Shown: positions 11,503 through 25,700 of the stretch, in pieces
Layout: every line of letters starts with the position of its first letter
How positions within the stretch are numbered: the stretch's first letter is position 1
Assembly (NCBI GenBank): GCA_000934665.2
Contig: KZ538068.1
Span: forward strand, 62,001-126,000
Direction: 5' to 3'
DNA length: 64,000 nucleotides
DNA from: Catajapyx aquilonaris
Taxonomy: Eukaryota
Program-made: the position numbers and the translations under genes
Notes under the pieces: model-generated
Seen by the model: only the letters and a program-made list of their open reading frames with translations
Database searches by the model: none
What the model was told of the DNA's origin: nothing

Positions 11503-14500
11503 ACCATGTGGCTGTCCCCTCTATAGTCTGGTGGGCACATCACAGTTTCAGGCGTCACCAAACAGTATTAGCGACAAATATAATGGAGGTGTTATACTGA
11601 AATATTACTCACGCCATACAGTAAATGAATGTAACACTGTAGACGCCTCGCATAATTGTTCCAAAAATCAATGCTGCGGGAGGCACATCAGCTTATAGAC
11701 AAGTCCAAAGTAATCCTGAAGCGTCCGCAACCATGCAAACACCAGCAAAAGTTTCGCTTTCACCACCACTTTGAATCGTTTATTGGGAATTTCCGGCGAG
11801 TGCATCACGGCTCCACGGGTGATTGATTTCATTTTCAGCCGACCAGAGGCGCCTGGGTCAACTTACAAACTGCAGTTTCCCGATCGATCGATTTGGACAG
11901 TCAACCATCAACATCCGGACAACGTTTATTACAAAGTAATTATATTGGGGAAATTTTATTAGGGGAATAATGAATGCGCGCCACAAGTGAGACTTTCTGC
12001 TTGCCCGCTCACGCAGACACATTGTGCTCGCCAGCCCCTGGCTTTTGTTACATGCAGCACAATCCAATCAGTAAATTGTTCACGGGCTTCGGAGTTATTT
12101 GAATGTTTTTCTGCCGGTTTAAATAGAACGGGCCGCTAATTGCGAAAAGGGCTGGACTGGAAAAAAACCGTGAAAAAAAACCGAGCTAAAATTGCTCGAA
12201 TAAAAGCAAGGGCGGAAAACAAGCGCATTAAATTTATTAAAAAGTGCGATAGTGTCACTAGAAATAACCATTTCTGGACCGCGTACAAAGATTAAAATTC
12301 CCGCTTTCGTTCTGATTGGGTTTATTTTGTGAAGCCAGTTCGAAAATTTATCATTAGGATGGTGGGATTGCGTTTTAATTTCCTTTTGCGTTAAATAATT
12401 GCAGAAAAGGACACTTGACACATGCTTCGGGGACTCCCCGATGAATGCGTGCGGTGGCCAATTACAGTTTCGTAACGGCTCAATTACCAGAACATTGACG
12501 CTGAGCAAGCAACGGACATTGTAGCCTAATAAAGCAGCAATTGGCCTTCACATATTCTAATAAAACGTAACGCTGCCGGTATAAAGTATGCTCCGTAATG
12601 ATACTAAATACAGATATAAACAAAGTTTCCGGGCATAAGTGATGAGCTATGGTATGCAAATTAACCGGACCTATGTTCAAATTACCGGCGGTCGGTGCAG
12701 GATGTCTGCCGGGTATCCCCACTAGTTTCAGGCTGTATATTGCGTCGTTGATCATAGATCAACATGTCCTGCTGTCGGCGCTAAAAACCCCAACCGCAAT
12801 TACAAGCCCGGTATGTATACCATATGGGCACTAAATTAAATTTAAAGGGCAAAAAAAGAGTAAGACTTGAACAATCGTGTTAATCTAGATCCTCTCAATT
12901 TTTAATCCGCTCAATTCAACTTCCGTATTGATTCAACCCAGTCAAGCGGCTCCTCAAAAACACAAAGGTTTTATTCAAGCAATTGATAAAGACCATTACC
13001 AATTCATTCTACTCAAATCAAATTATTCGATTCCGCAGTCTGCCGCATTTACTGACCACACATGGACCCCCCACCCATTTAAGCTAGGGTTGTTGTAAGC
13101 TTTAATTGAGACGAACCAATGGAAAATAGCAATCCTGGAAAAAGCAGGGGTTCACAAAAAATCCTGAAGGAAACAGAGAAGCTTTCAGGTAATCTGGTTA
13201 GAAATACGATGGGCAAAGGAAAGGAAAACCGTAAAGCTGTGGGGTGGAGTGAGAAGTCTTTGCTCAGCAAAATGTGCGGCGTGAATTGGCCTGAAAATAG
13301 TCTGGGGACGTCCAGGAAAATCGAGAAGACCTCAATTTGCCACTTCATCTGAATCCTCCCTCCCTAACTTCTGCAAAAGAAAAAAAAATCAGTCGCCATT
13401 TTTTTTTCGTTGGACGAGCCTGTACATGATACGAGCGTGCATCAAACTGGTTTGATAGCCAGCTACGAACACGAGGGATCAGATTGGAAATCCCACGTTA
13501 CTGTGGTTCTAACTTGAGAATGACTCTTTGGATGTGGATGTCATGCTTTTCCCTGCCAAACGACTTAGTAAAGCAGGGTATAGACAGGATCAACAGAGCA
13601 GCATAACTTCTGGATTTTATATGGTCTACACGACACGTGTCCATGCTCATTTTATGTCATCTGTCGGACATCATTGACATTTCCTCATTTCCCCATATTT
13701 CCCTATATACAGTTTGGTTTTTAAATGCCTAATAAATGTATTGTTGAATGACCATGTCCCCCCTCTAAACAAGTCGACACTGTGTGTACGTCATTAGTAA
13801 ATAAATATGTCCTTACAATTTACCCCTCTATAATTTCCATTGATTCCATGTACTGTAAACTGAAAAAAAATCTACAAAAATGCAAGGGTTTAAATGCACC
13901 CTTACGTCCTATAATGACAAAAAAACGTACAAAAAGTTGGCCAGGAAATCAGACTCTTGGGGCTAATTGCGCCAAGAGCCATTTTCCGCCAACAGTTCTT
14001 CTAATTAGGCCCCAGACATCTTGGAGTTAACAAAAAAAAAACATGGAAGAATTTTTCCACGCCTACACAACTACTAAATAGTGTAAATGTCCGGACCAGA
14101 GCCATTTTCTTTCTAGGAGGATCTCATTTCGGGAGGCTGGATGTCCGGTCAAGGAAGAAAATGGAGAAAATATGGATGGGCCAAGAGGGGGTGAGGGGAT
14201 GGGTGTCTATATATAAGGGAATTTGACAGATGGTGGGGTGAATGAAAGGATGAAAGGAGAAGAATGAGATGAATGGAGATGGGGAATGAAGGAGGCGACA
14301 AATCTACTTGCACCCTAAATCGTACATCGCGTACTTAAATATTTAAACAAAAAATCCTGAAAGGACACAAATCGTTCAGAAGTAATACGAATCATGTTTT
14401 CGTGACACGTATGCCAAATATTTTTCTAAATTTTCATCTGATTGGAAAAATATTTGGCAACATATTGTGCAAGTGGAAACTGGCTTGTAGAGTCCAGAGC

Positions 14501-17500
14501 AAGTGATATTTGCTTGCACTTTGTGTCTTTTGCCCACGTTTTGTGATTTTCTGTCAGTATGTCGTTGTTATTCGATTTTTGCTCTGGTTTGCGACCTTTT
14601 ATACTTTACGCCTATAAAATTATTCTGGATTTTTATTTTCTGTAACATTATCCTCTACATGCCCAAAAAAGTGACTTTTTTGAATGTTTTTTGGTGCCTA
14701 TTTCGGGGGGTTTTCGTGCCTTAAAATCCTGACTCCATATACTGTATTACTGATTGTTTTTTTTCAGTTGAGGAAAAACAAATGGGAGCCATTTTAAATC
14801 ACCAGAGCAACTCAAATTTTTCGGCGGACAATCCAAATCATCTAGATATTTTTTGGGGGGTTATAATTTCTAACTTTACGAGTTAAAATATAAATAAATA
14901 AATTTCAACCCCGTCTGTCGCCTCCTGAGAGAGCCTGGATCCTGCCACATCTAATTCCACTTCCAGGCTATAAATCCAGTGGAGACAGAGAACGATAAAT
15001 TTATGATGTAATACAGCCAGCGTTAGCTGGCACGAGTGTTCTATTTTATGACAGTCCTAAACTCGCCTCGCAGTTTCCCCTGCAGTCACACCACTTGTAT
15101 CACCTTCCGATCTAGGAGCCGTTTCCAGACTCTCATTTTTCCATGAAAAACACTTATTTGGGGGGGACCGTCCCCATTTCCTTGCCCTGATTCATCTTTC
15201 ATCAGAAGTACAGGGTGACTCCTAAAAGTTTAACCCATTTTTTTGAGCCAAGGCTAAGGAACTGGCGAAAAGTAACTTTGCGCATTAAGGAAAGTCATTT
15301 GGTAAAACAGCCCCATCTCCGCATTGGCTAAGAGGAGGCTTCTGGAAGCGATTACTGTACCTAGTTTTCATGGGGATCCTAACTGGAGCGTGTCTGCTTG
15401 GCAGAGCCAAGTCGCGCTTTTCAGGTTTATAATCTGGGCGGCTTTTGATTGAACTCTTGGTAGTTGCCAACTACCAAGACCCCACCCTCACCAATTTTTT
15501 TTTTTCTTTTCCTCTTCACCCTTTCCCTGAGCCTTTAGAGCCTCGAGAGAGAAACGGCCTCGAGCCCCGCAGATTTCCAAATCTGAATTATTATGCATGA
15601 AGAAGGGATAAGCAGGGCCTTTCAGGCAAGACCACGTCCAAAATTATGCGGGCTGGCCCACTCGGCATTGCTGCTTTCCGCTGCTTCACAATTAACACCC
15701 GTAACCCAGTTATTCAGATCAGTATTGGAAGGGCCTTGCAGGACACGACGACGGTGTTCTAAACTGGGAGGACGAACAGTGGATATTAGTGCAGAAGGAA
15801 AAGGTGGCAAAATATTTTGCAATATCGGTAGTTTCTTCTATCAGTGACTCTTGGGGATTTTTTATTATAAAAAATCATGTTTTCAAATTCCTAATTCAGG
15901 ATTTGGGGGGGGGAGGGAAAGAGCTACCAATTTCATGAAATACGCACGCATTCAAATCTCCCACATTCACCTAAGCTCGTGTGACCTTGAACCCAAATTT
16001 TTTCGCATGCGGCGGGCCTCCTCCCCGCCGTTTTCGGTTTATGCCCCCCCCCCTCCCCCGAACTGGAATAATGGCTACGTCACTGTCTTCTATAAAGGCA
16101 TGTCTGCCATCCCGAATGCCAAAACTATAAGGGTGAAGCCGCATGCATGCCCTTTGGAGTTAGGATGTTTCTCCTTTGGATGGCAGATTTATTAATTTCA
16201 TTATGGTTTGTGGTTGTATCAATGTTATTACGTATATTGAATCTGTACAGTGTATGTGCGCTAAATTCAATATTATGTACACATTGGTGGTACAGTATTT
16301 ATATCAAATATGTGCTCGTGAATATTGATTCAATATTAAGCTATTACTGTTTCGCAATGTAAGTCGACAACTCCGATAAAATTTGACCACATGCAACCGG
16401 GCTCAAGTGGTCATTCGGGGACACTCGTCCAAACCACACGATTGCCATCCATCAACTCATACCGATACCGATTTAAACCATTTGCTCCAAAACCCTAACA
16501 ATCATCCCCCCAAAAAAGTGGATAGTAGCCTCCGCAAAATTCTGCAAACTCTGGCGTGGAAAGGTGCACAAAAGCATTTGGCAACTTTCCGCTAACTGCA
16601 ACACGTGGCAATGGATCGTTGAAGTGAGATTGGGGAATGGAGAGGGTGGAAAGTGGAGAGAGGTTGGGGGGGGAAACATACTAGACATAGAGGAGGACAC
16701 TCCAGGATTCATCGGGGCTGCAACAGATGAGAACAAAGCTGGATGTACGGTCCTGGCAAAGTGCCGGGTCCTCTTCTAACACCCACCAGAGTGTTTGCAT
16801 TCTTGGGGAGGACGGTCCCTTTNCCCCCCCCCCCCCCCCCCCCCTCTGGTGTGACCGACGCAAATTCGGCCCGGATTTGCACGCTTGGAAATGCTCCATT
16901 TCCGTACCAGCTACTCTCTTCGCGCCTTGACTAATATTGCGTCCGTCACGCATCACATTCAACAAAGTGAACTGGGACGTGACAATTTTGTCCAATATAT
17001 TCTTACCAAATTTTGAAAAATTGTTTGTCGTTCCCAAAATTCCCAAATTTCATTCCAAAGAGAAAGATAATCTTGCATCTGTAATCAATGATGGATATGG
17101 CTTCAGAACCGAATTAGATTGGAAAAAAATAGCATTTCTCAACTAGTTAAATTTTCTCGGTGACAACTATAAATGGTTGAGATGGTTCTAGGGGCACAGG
17201 AGAGTGTTAACCTCCTCAGTCGTCTCTCCTGGCAATTTTTAAATTCTCCCTCCAAAATGAAGTGTCACTTTGGAAGTTTCACCAATAAGGTTTCGGAAGG
17301 TCTCCTGTTCGCCCCGGAATTCCTCCGGGATCTTGAGAAAGAACGGAACTTTTTTTCTTCTTCTTCTAGCTCTCCCCCCACCCCCAGCTCTTCCCTCCTC
17401 CCACTTCCCTCCTCTTCTTTAAAACTCTTGAACTTTTGTTCCTCACCTTTCTGTCTGAAGATCCAGGCCCACTCTTCTCATGTTTAGCTCAGACGTTTCC

Positions 17501-18671
17501 AAGACAGATTGTTGTCATTAAAGCAGAACACGTGCAAAAAAAGAAAAGATGGGTAGAAGTTATCCCTGCGTCTTGGACCCACTCCACTAAGCAGGTTATA
17601 ACGACCCGGTTCGACGTCGTTTGCAAAGCGCTGAATTGGACTAATTGGTAATTAGTGAGTGTCGAAGGGCGTTATAATCAAAGAAGATTCCACTCTGAGT
17701 AGCAATCACGCAGGTGGCAAAACAAGTCGATTACACCTGACTTATCGATCTTATGTGACCAGGTTAATTGTGATTACAAACTTGAGTAGGGCTGAAAAAT
17801 GCATTTTTATTGATATATCGCTACATTGGATATCAATAAGGGCCATTTGAAGCAAAATAATTTCTTACAACTTCATCTGCTTAATAAACTCTACGGCGCA
17901 GGGATTCTGCGCAGGGTGCGCAGAAAGCATGCGCTGTAGCCCATCTCGAACATTTTAAAAGACTAGTCAGAAATCAGAAAACTCTTCAAACCTTTACATC
18001 TCTAGGTCCAGGTCCCCAGATCCCAAGGTGTGTCTCCTTGACATTTTACCAAGCCAGAGAAAAGGCGAGGAAAAGAAGGCAAGTGCGAAATTACTGCTCG
18101 CCTGTCGCGAATCCTGTCTAGCACATGTCTCTCGGGTTTACGAACCGCGCCGTCTTGTCAAAATGTGACGATCTTCCACAAAACCAGCCTGCTGGCTCCA
18201 TCGGCACAAGAGGACCCCACCAGATTTTCCGAAACACTTTCCAACAATTGATTTCTTTTTTCCTTCTTAATTTTGAGTAAGGTATGCAAATAAGGTCCCA
18301 CAATATGATCCAGATAATTCTTGTCATTGTCGAGGGAAAAGGCTCGATTCTAGGGAGAGCTTCTTCGTTGTAATTCATCTGCAGCTTGGTCACAGATGCT
18401 GGGGATCTTCTCCCTAGTCTTCTAATGAACATCGATTTTTTCGGCCGATTCTCTTTATTATCGTCCTACTGTTCCCAGCAAATGGGGCTTATTTCCTTGT
18501 TAACCTCTTTTAATGATAACTATAAAATTATTACTGCAAATTGGAGATTACACAGGCATTTTGTTTAATGAGAGTGTCTCAAGCTTGGATGCAAGAGGGT
18601 GGATAATAAATATTATGCTATGTACAGTGTGTTACAGTTGAAGTTCCCACTAAGCCATTATGGAAGAGAAC

Positions 18672-18870
18672 ACCGATGCAGGTTGGTTTAGTGGCTATAT
18701 AGGGTCCGCCTGCTAATCGGGAGGTCCTGGGTTCGAGCCCCGGGGCCGGCAACTCTAACCGTGGTTTTCTGTGGTTTCCCACGGTCCCTCCAGAATTCCG
18801 GGATTGCTTCCTAATTAAAAAGGCCACAGCCGCCTCCTTTCTTCCCTATCCTATCCCAAAAAGCAAAAAG
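18672..18870 (+). mobile_element. tRNA-derived SINE, family 1, copy 1
   Basis: A-box-like TGGTTTAGTGG and B-box GGTTCGAGCCC, followed by a non-tRNA body (GGTTTTCTGTGGTTTCCC ... AATTCCGGGA ... CCACAGCCGCCTCCTTTCTTCCCTATC) and an A-rich tail. Colinear with the reverse complement of 29646-29900. Confidence 0.85.
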
Positions 18871-20114
18871 TAAACATGTAAACAAGAGTTCCAGACAAAA
18901 CAAAAATCCCCCCCTAAAGAGCCGAAAAAAGGCTGATAACGGGGTAAGATATTATTATTATGGAGGAGAACAGGTTATTAGTTATCTGTTATTATAATTT
19001 AACTCATATTGGTAATTCTTGAAAAATTGTTAAAAAATTGAAATATGTCAGCTGATTGGCTAGATTTTGTCTTTATTTGCACAATATTCTCCATTGGTTT
19101 TTTGTAAATAATAGCCACCGGGTGTCACAAAACTACTGCAAAATACGACCTTTTGGGTGACCTGCGACCTGCCCATGATCCACGTTCCACACTTTTATCC
19201 CATACATGTAGACTTACATTGGAAGCGGGTCGAAGGGCGGCTACGGGTCCAGAATTGAGTTATGGCCTCCCTCAGCACACCGGTTTTCTCCCCCCTCAGG
19301 AGCCTCCCCTCCTTCCCCCAAAGAGCACAGAAGGAATAGAGCCTTCTCTCCAACTTGTAAGCAGGGCAATATTCCCGACGTGCTATTACACCATTTAGGA
19401 AGATTTATTGAATCCTCCCTCCATTGCCCAGACAACTGTCATAGTAAACACATTTGGTTCAGTTTTTTTCGTTCCATTTTGCTAAAAATGGAGGGTTCAA
19501 TTTTTTCCAAGCTGGGCTGTACTTTTTGTAGTATGTACTTATTGTTACATTCGGTCCTGCATATGGTGCAGTGCTGTACAGTAGAAAGTGGGACTATTTG
19601 GGTTATGAGCATATTCGTTTATGCTTATTGGCATGACTCATTGTGGTTGCATGGCTGGTTCGGAAGTTAATTGACAAAAAGGCTGCAAACCAACCGTTTA
19701 GTAAAGTGGCATGCTGCATTTTGTGATTGTAATTTCCTCTATTCCGGAGGGTTAAAAATAGGCGAAATTATTTATAAAAATATGCACATAAAAAGTGAAC
19801 ATCGAAGTACACAATTTAAACTGATGCTTTTCAAATGGTCGTAATTATGGAGATTATGAAAGGCCGGCATCAAACGGAATCCATTGCCTGTAATAAGCCC
19901 TACAAAATAATTCAAATGACTGCGACCCATAAGTGCACATGCCCAATGAGTCCAATGTGGCTGATTGCAAGAGTTTCTGTAATAAATTACATCACACTTT
20001 TCATGTAATGTGTCATAAATGTCAGGAGAGTGTGGTTTGCCTCAAATTTTTATTATTTTTCAGCAATTCATTTGCTAAACTGACAACACTGTGGCATCCC
20101 CCGCATCCAGAAGA

Positions 20115-20252
20115 TGTAGTTGGTAGTTGATAGTTTTCCCAAGAGATGGCGTGTCGGACCTGTGGGAGGTTCGAAGTTGTATGTAGTCGTGAGACAGCCT
20201 CGATCGAGGTTGTTGTAATATTGGATCACTCTGCGAAGTCTGGAGCTGACCT
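20115..20252 (+). mobile_element. Degenerate LTR-like fragment related to 10155-10329
   Basis: AGATGGCGTG..CGGACCTG..GTTGTA..AGTCGTGAGACAGC..TCGAGG matches the motif order at 10207-10266. Begins TGTAG. The 3' boundary is uncertain. Confidence 0.4.
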
Positions 20253-22732
20253 AAGGAGGAGCTTTTGGCACTTTTTGAACATTTCGACCTCAGCAAAATC
20301 ATTTCACTGATTCAGCTCAAATCCCACCAAAAAAAAACGTGGCAGGTACAACCTGCCAGCCTTCGCCTCAATTTTGCAAACCTCCCCACCAAAAAATAAC
20401 CTCCGGCAAGCAATGGCATTCAGGGCGCAGCACCCGTCCGATTCCAAAACCGATCGAGCATATTTGGTTTTCTGAATGCGCACCAAATTATGCGGGGACA
20501 CGAGTCCCCATCGCAAATCACTCCCTGGAAGCTGGAAGCCCATGGACCCAAAAAAAAAATCCTCCAGTTCTTGGATTTTCTAATAGGGCGCCAAGATGCT
20601 GGGGGGTGACGACGGTCCTCTCTAATCCGGACGAAACACCTCGAAGACACCACCACCCTGCTGCCTCCTCCTTAATGCCCGGATTTCGGATCGAAGGATG
20701 GAACCGGGAGGAAAACGGGGAGGGTGGTAGAGGGGGAAGGCGGCTTTTCCCCCGATCGACTGTAATTTGGGCGCACGAGAAAGTTGCGCCCCGAGATTTC
20801 TGCCATATGTCGCGGTAGCAGGGAGCTTTTGGCATCCATTCCTAACTTTTTGGATTTTCTATGAAGGCAAAATGGAACAAGGGCTGAGCTCACAAAGGCC
20901 GGCGGAGGGGAAGAATGAGCCCTGCGAGGATGAGACGCCATCGCCTTCATCATGGTCCTCCCCCATTCCCGTATGCAAAAGTTTCGGATCTAACGCAAAG
21001 CAGATGGGATCTAATCTGACTACTTCATGCACCGTATTTTTTATATAAATATATTTATGTCAATAGGGAGAGGGACAGTTGTCACCAATTTTGGATGAAA
21101 TGGCTCATAAGTTATGACTTCAAATTTACTAGAAAAATTATTTGAAACGCCTCTATTTACCTTTCCAAAATTTCATGCACTATGAACTTTTTCTACGCAT
21201 TTGTTTCCAGTGGCAAGTCAGATTGAACGAAGCCTGCATGTGTGCAGAGAAGGGCTTAATTCATTACAGTATGCCAACAATTTTGAAGCAAGCTGCGCGT
21301 GAGGATTCGCAGTCACGGAGGATTTGCACTGTACGGACATAATGAAGTGTTTGCATTTTTAACGCTCTGGTGTTTTGAATGTAGACGATTTAATCTCCCG
21401 ACTTTTTTAACACCTTACGTAACAATGTAGATGGGGCAGGGGGAGGGGTTCCACACAATGCATACTTTCCGCTAACCTGACTCTCATATGTCAATCCAAT
21501 TGGATACCCAAGAGACTAATGAAGGTATTTATTACCGAGCGCTATAACCCTAGGCATTGGGTGTATTGGCAACCATGGCATATGCAGCAAACTCTGTAAT
21601 GAGTCTTTACTACATGTCGGGGCGCATTAGCCGGGCGAGCGGACATGATTTCCCCAGCCGCCTCTCGTCTCCATGGGGCCCACCCACCCCCGCCATCCCC
21701 TACTCCAAACGGGGAGTAGTGTGGGTTGCGTTAACTCAGGATGTAACCTGACTTTTTCTTTCCTAAAGCAATTATCAAATCTTTTAAATTGGATGTTCGC
21801 GTGACCTACTGACTTTCCTATAGACATCCCCATAATAAATTATAATTATAATTATAATTACAAATTATGGGCCACAAATCATGGTAAAATCGCTTCTATT
21901 AGTTAATTGCTCATGTAATAGACGCGTAGATCCTAGACACAGCAGGATCCCACCTGGCGCCATCTACGCCGTAAAGTGACACCGAAAAGCTTATCGACTA
22001 GGGCTGGCTGCTGGGGGTAAAGGGGTGTGTCTTGGAGCCTGGCCATGGCTCCAGCAGCCAGCAGGGGCCGGCAGCATCCAGCCAGAAATGCTCTTGCGGG
22101 TGTTCCCCCTCCAGCTTTTCATATCGAGCTTATGGCCTGTTGCGTCAACAGGTGCGAAATTGGATATCTGCCAGGGGTGACAAATTGCGCTAATTGCCCT
22201 GGAGGAGCCTCCAACCAGGGCCCGTCCTTAGTGGAACAAGCGGGGGCGGATGGAGTTTCCCAGTGTCGCAGTAGCTTCGGAGTGTGACAATCGAAATGGC
22301 ATGGTGGTGGGTATAGGGTAGGGTGTGGAGGAGGGCGACGTCACGTCGGTGGTTGTCGGATATGGGAGGATCTCAGATTGGCGCTGACGTTTCCTCCGCC
22401 TGTTCAATTTGCCTGCATCCAGACGATGGTGGACGGGCGTGGTTGCCGCACCTGCCGGATGAATGATGCAGAGCCAAGCACTCTACTAGGCCTCTTACGT
22501 ATTGTCGTCAAGATGATTCAGAACTGCGATGCCGGTTTGTCACAGGCAACTCGCGCATCAAATAATAAGCATAACAGACGGATGAGTACGTTAGTTTGCA
22601 CTTCGTATTACGGTACAACCGCAATAGTGTGTAAGGATACACATCAAGTGAGTAGCTAGTAAGGGGATATTTTGTCATGTAAGTTTGTTTTATGAAATTT
22701 TCATGTTATAAATAAGAACTCACCCCACCATA

Positions 22733-22793
22733 TTCGATAAGTCGAATTTTTTCTCGGTTCCCTGGTGGTTCGAGTTATCAGGATTCGACTGTA
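22733..22793. mobile_element. Terminal fragment of a pogo/Tigger-like MITE
   Basis: TTCGATAAGTCGAATTTTTTCTCGGTTCCC...TTCGAGTTATCAGGATTCGACTG-TA resembles a pogo/Tigger TIR (CAGTCGAA..GATAACTCGAA) with a TA flank. Partner end not found. Confidence 0.55.
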
Positions 22794-25700
22794 TATTGCA
22801 TGTAACGATTGTCAAAGGTTGAAATAACAAGGGATTTAAATATACCCCCTACCGCATAGACCTGGTTCTTGACAAAAGTATCAATGACTCACCCTTTGCA
22901 AGATTGACTCAATCAACTACTCATCTGACGGTGAGTCAGAGAAGACACATCTACCGACCTTCTAGTCAATCTAGTGAACTCCCTATAGCACCATGAATCG
23001 TCTCCATTAGTTTATGTACCGATACCTATCTAGAGGTTTTCAATGTGTCCCAGAAATTTCAAGATATCAAAAAAGAGCGTTGGTAACGGTCACCTGCGAG
23101 TGACCCCCCCTCCCCCCCAGCTGAGGAGCAATCGCAGGCTGCTTTGCATCCGAGGACAATTCTCGTTGGGTAATGGCATTCCTCGCAGATGTAAGATGGG
23201 GTCATTTGCATCCAGATGGGCGTGTGACTTATCCTGGCCACTTGCGTTCCGGGCGCCAACACCGCCACGGTCGGAAGGGAATATTCCGAGCCTGGGCAAA
23301 GTTTAAACTTACGAGATGAGATGGAGTAATTCGGGAAGGAAGCAGGGAAAGATATCCTTCCTCCCTCCCAATTCCCCAAGCATAATGCAAAGGAACGAGT
23401 GTGTTAGTAAAGAGTACCGCCTGCACCGAGACGCCGTTATGACCCGGCCAAGGCGCGCTTGCATTTGTTAGTCTCCCCAATAACTCCACCCTCATTTTCA
23501 GGCAGAAGAACAGAAAGTGGAGCCCTCTGGCGCTATGCACTACAGTGTGTCCCAGAACTCATCTATCAGGTTTCGGACTAATTCGGAATCCTGCGGCGTA
23601 GGCGGCGCTGCGTACTATACGGTGCTCTCCATGTCAGGCCACTGGAGGCGCCTAAATCGGACCTCTCGATTTATTCTTCTAGAATATTATTTATCATTTT
23701 ACAATATTATTTAATTATCGTATTCAGAAATTTATTGCTGTTGACACTATTACTTCGAGAATATATTATTCGATAACGTGATTTAGTCTTTGAGAATATT
23801 ATTCGATAATATTTTTGTTATTATATATTCGACAAATTTAGAGAATATTTTCGTCAAAAATATGCCAAGAAAAAGTGCGAGCAAATTAGTGGCTGCATGC
23901 CACAATAACTTATCTCCAAAGTCGTCCCTGGGGGTGTATTACAAGGATAAGTTAATTCTGAAACACCCTGTGTTACACTATTCGGACAGTGGGGGTCTTT
24001 TCGCCCTCGTAACAAACTCCTAACCTCCCCGAGCGAGTTATTTCACGGTCATGGCTTCCAGGCCCGTGAGTTTTCGCAATCTTCAAGACAGGCTTGATTT
24101 TTATGGCTCTAATTAAATGCACTAATAACACAATAAACGTTCCCCGGAGCTTATGAAATCTTGCTGGGGGCCCGACTATACTAGTCACAAAAACGTCGCT
24201 GCTTTAAACACGGGGTCGCGAGATTGCAAGAGCTGGAAAAAAAAAGATAAGTTACGTTACGTGCATCCGGTATTAATATTGCGAGACGGTTTGACAAACT
24301 GATTATATGACCTCATTTGCACGTGAAAGTTATGGGAGGTGTTGATCTTGTGAGGTCCCTGATCACATTGTTGCAAAGTAGGAGGGATCATGACTTGTTT
24401 TCATTACAATATAGTGACGGTTTTATTATTTCGATGATAGTAGGGCACCTACATGAAATACATGGTGGTGCATTGCCAAGTCCCCAATTTAAGACGGGTT
24501 CGAGAAAAGTTATGTATTGTTTACCCAGCCAACCGGCTGGAACCTACTTAACGTGATTGTTTCTTCTCGTTAAAAACAGTGAGAGCAATCTTCTTCACCA
24601 CCATAATATTTGACCAACATGTACACATTTTCTGCCCTGAATACCTTCCCAAACTCATGACAATTTATTGGCCGTCTTCTACCAAAAATTTCGCGAATTT
24701 CTTCTCGCCACCAGCGTCACTCACGCGATAAAGGTGTCATGCCACACCGAATCGGTGTGCCAACAGCAAGAATAAACCACCGCACTTATCTCGTTTTGTA
24801 CCCCCATTTCTTGACTGGAAATCCGGAAGGCCTGCCCTCCGGAAACGCCTCTTCCCATTCCTCTTGAAAAAGGAAGTTTTCTTTCCCCTCCCTACCCATC
24901 CTTTCTCTGCCTAACCTTCTTCAAAGGTTCCCATTCCGTTTCACGTTTCATTAATTCCGACTCATTTCATTTCAAGTTAATTTCCTAGACTACCATTGCA
25001 TATAGGGAAGGAGTTTCGTGGTTGCCCATACAAAACTCATGTTGGTCTCTTCAATACGTCAATTCCTTCAGCCGTTTGCATAACGGCCGGAAAGATACAC
25101 TAGGGCGGAAGAAGAAAACAATCCGGGGAAGGGGGGGGTCTCCCAAATAAAGACGTGGGAGTCCGCGTGTGAGATTTCTTTCTTTGCATGTAAACTACAT
25201 TCCAGAAACGTTTTTAGCTTTCCCTAGACGCCTTCCGGATAACGCATTCGAGGGGAACGAAGATCAGAGCAGCTCGTTCTCAAGAGTTGGATTCTCCGCC
25301 AAACTCCAAGTACAAATATTGGCAACCGATTGCACCTAGATTGGGCCATCATTTCCCACTACACAAGAAGCAGGCCTTCAAACTGAATGTAATTTTCACG
25401 TGCACAGTGTTCCAAATAGGTTATGGATTCGATTTGAGGTAATAAAAAAATGTTATTTCTAAATGACTAGAACTCACCTACTGGTTGTACTGTTGGCAAC
25501 ACTGGAATCTGAAAAGTTAAAAACAAGCAAAAGCTTAGTAGAAATTCTCTCATTGTGGCCCCCACATATGGCTAGAACTGCACGTGTCGGAACATTAAAT
25601 GCTTGTCTAATTCAACTCCTTTATGCAGAAAGTTCCACTGGATGACCCCTAGGGCAGTATGGCCGACCACGAGCATTGGAAGAACGGCTCGAAATATGCC

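Noticed and set aside
18672..18752. tRNA-like sequences here and at ~29825-29898, 46051-46125 and 59982-60050
   Set aside because: A/B boxes are present but the cloverleaf stems are broken and each continues into a shared SINE body, two with exact TSDs. They are SINE heads, not tRNA genes.
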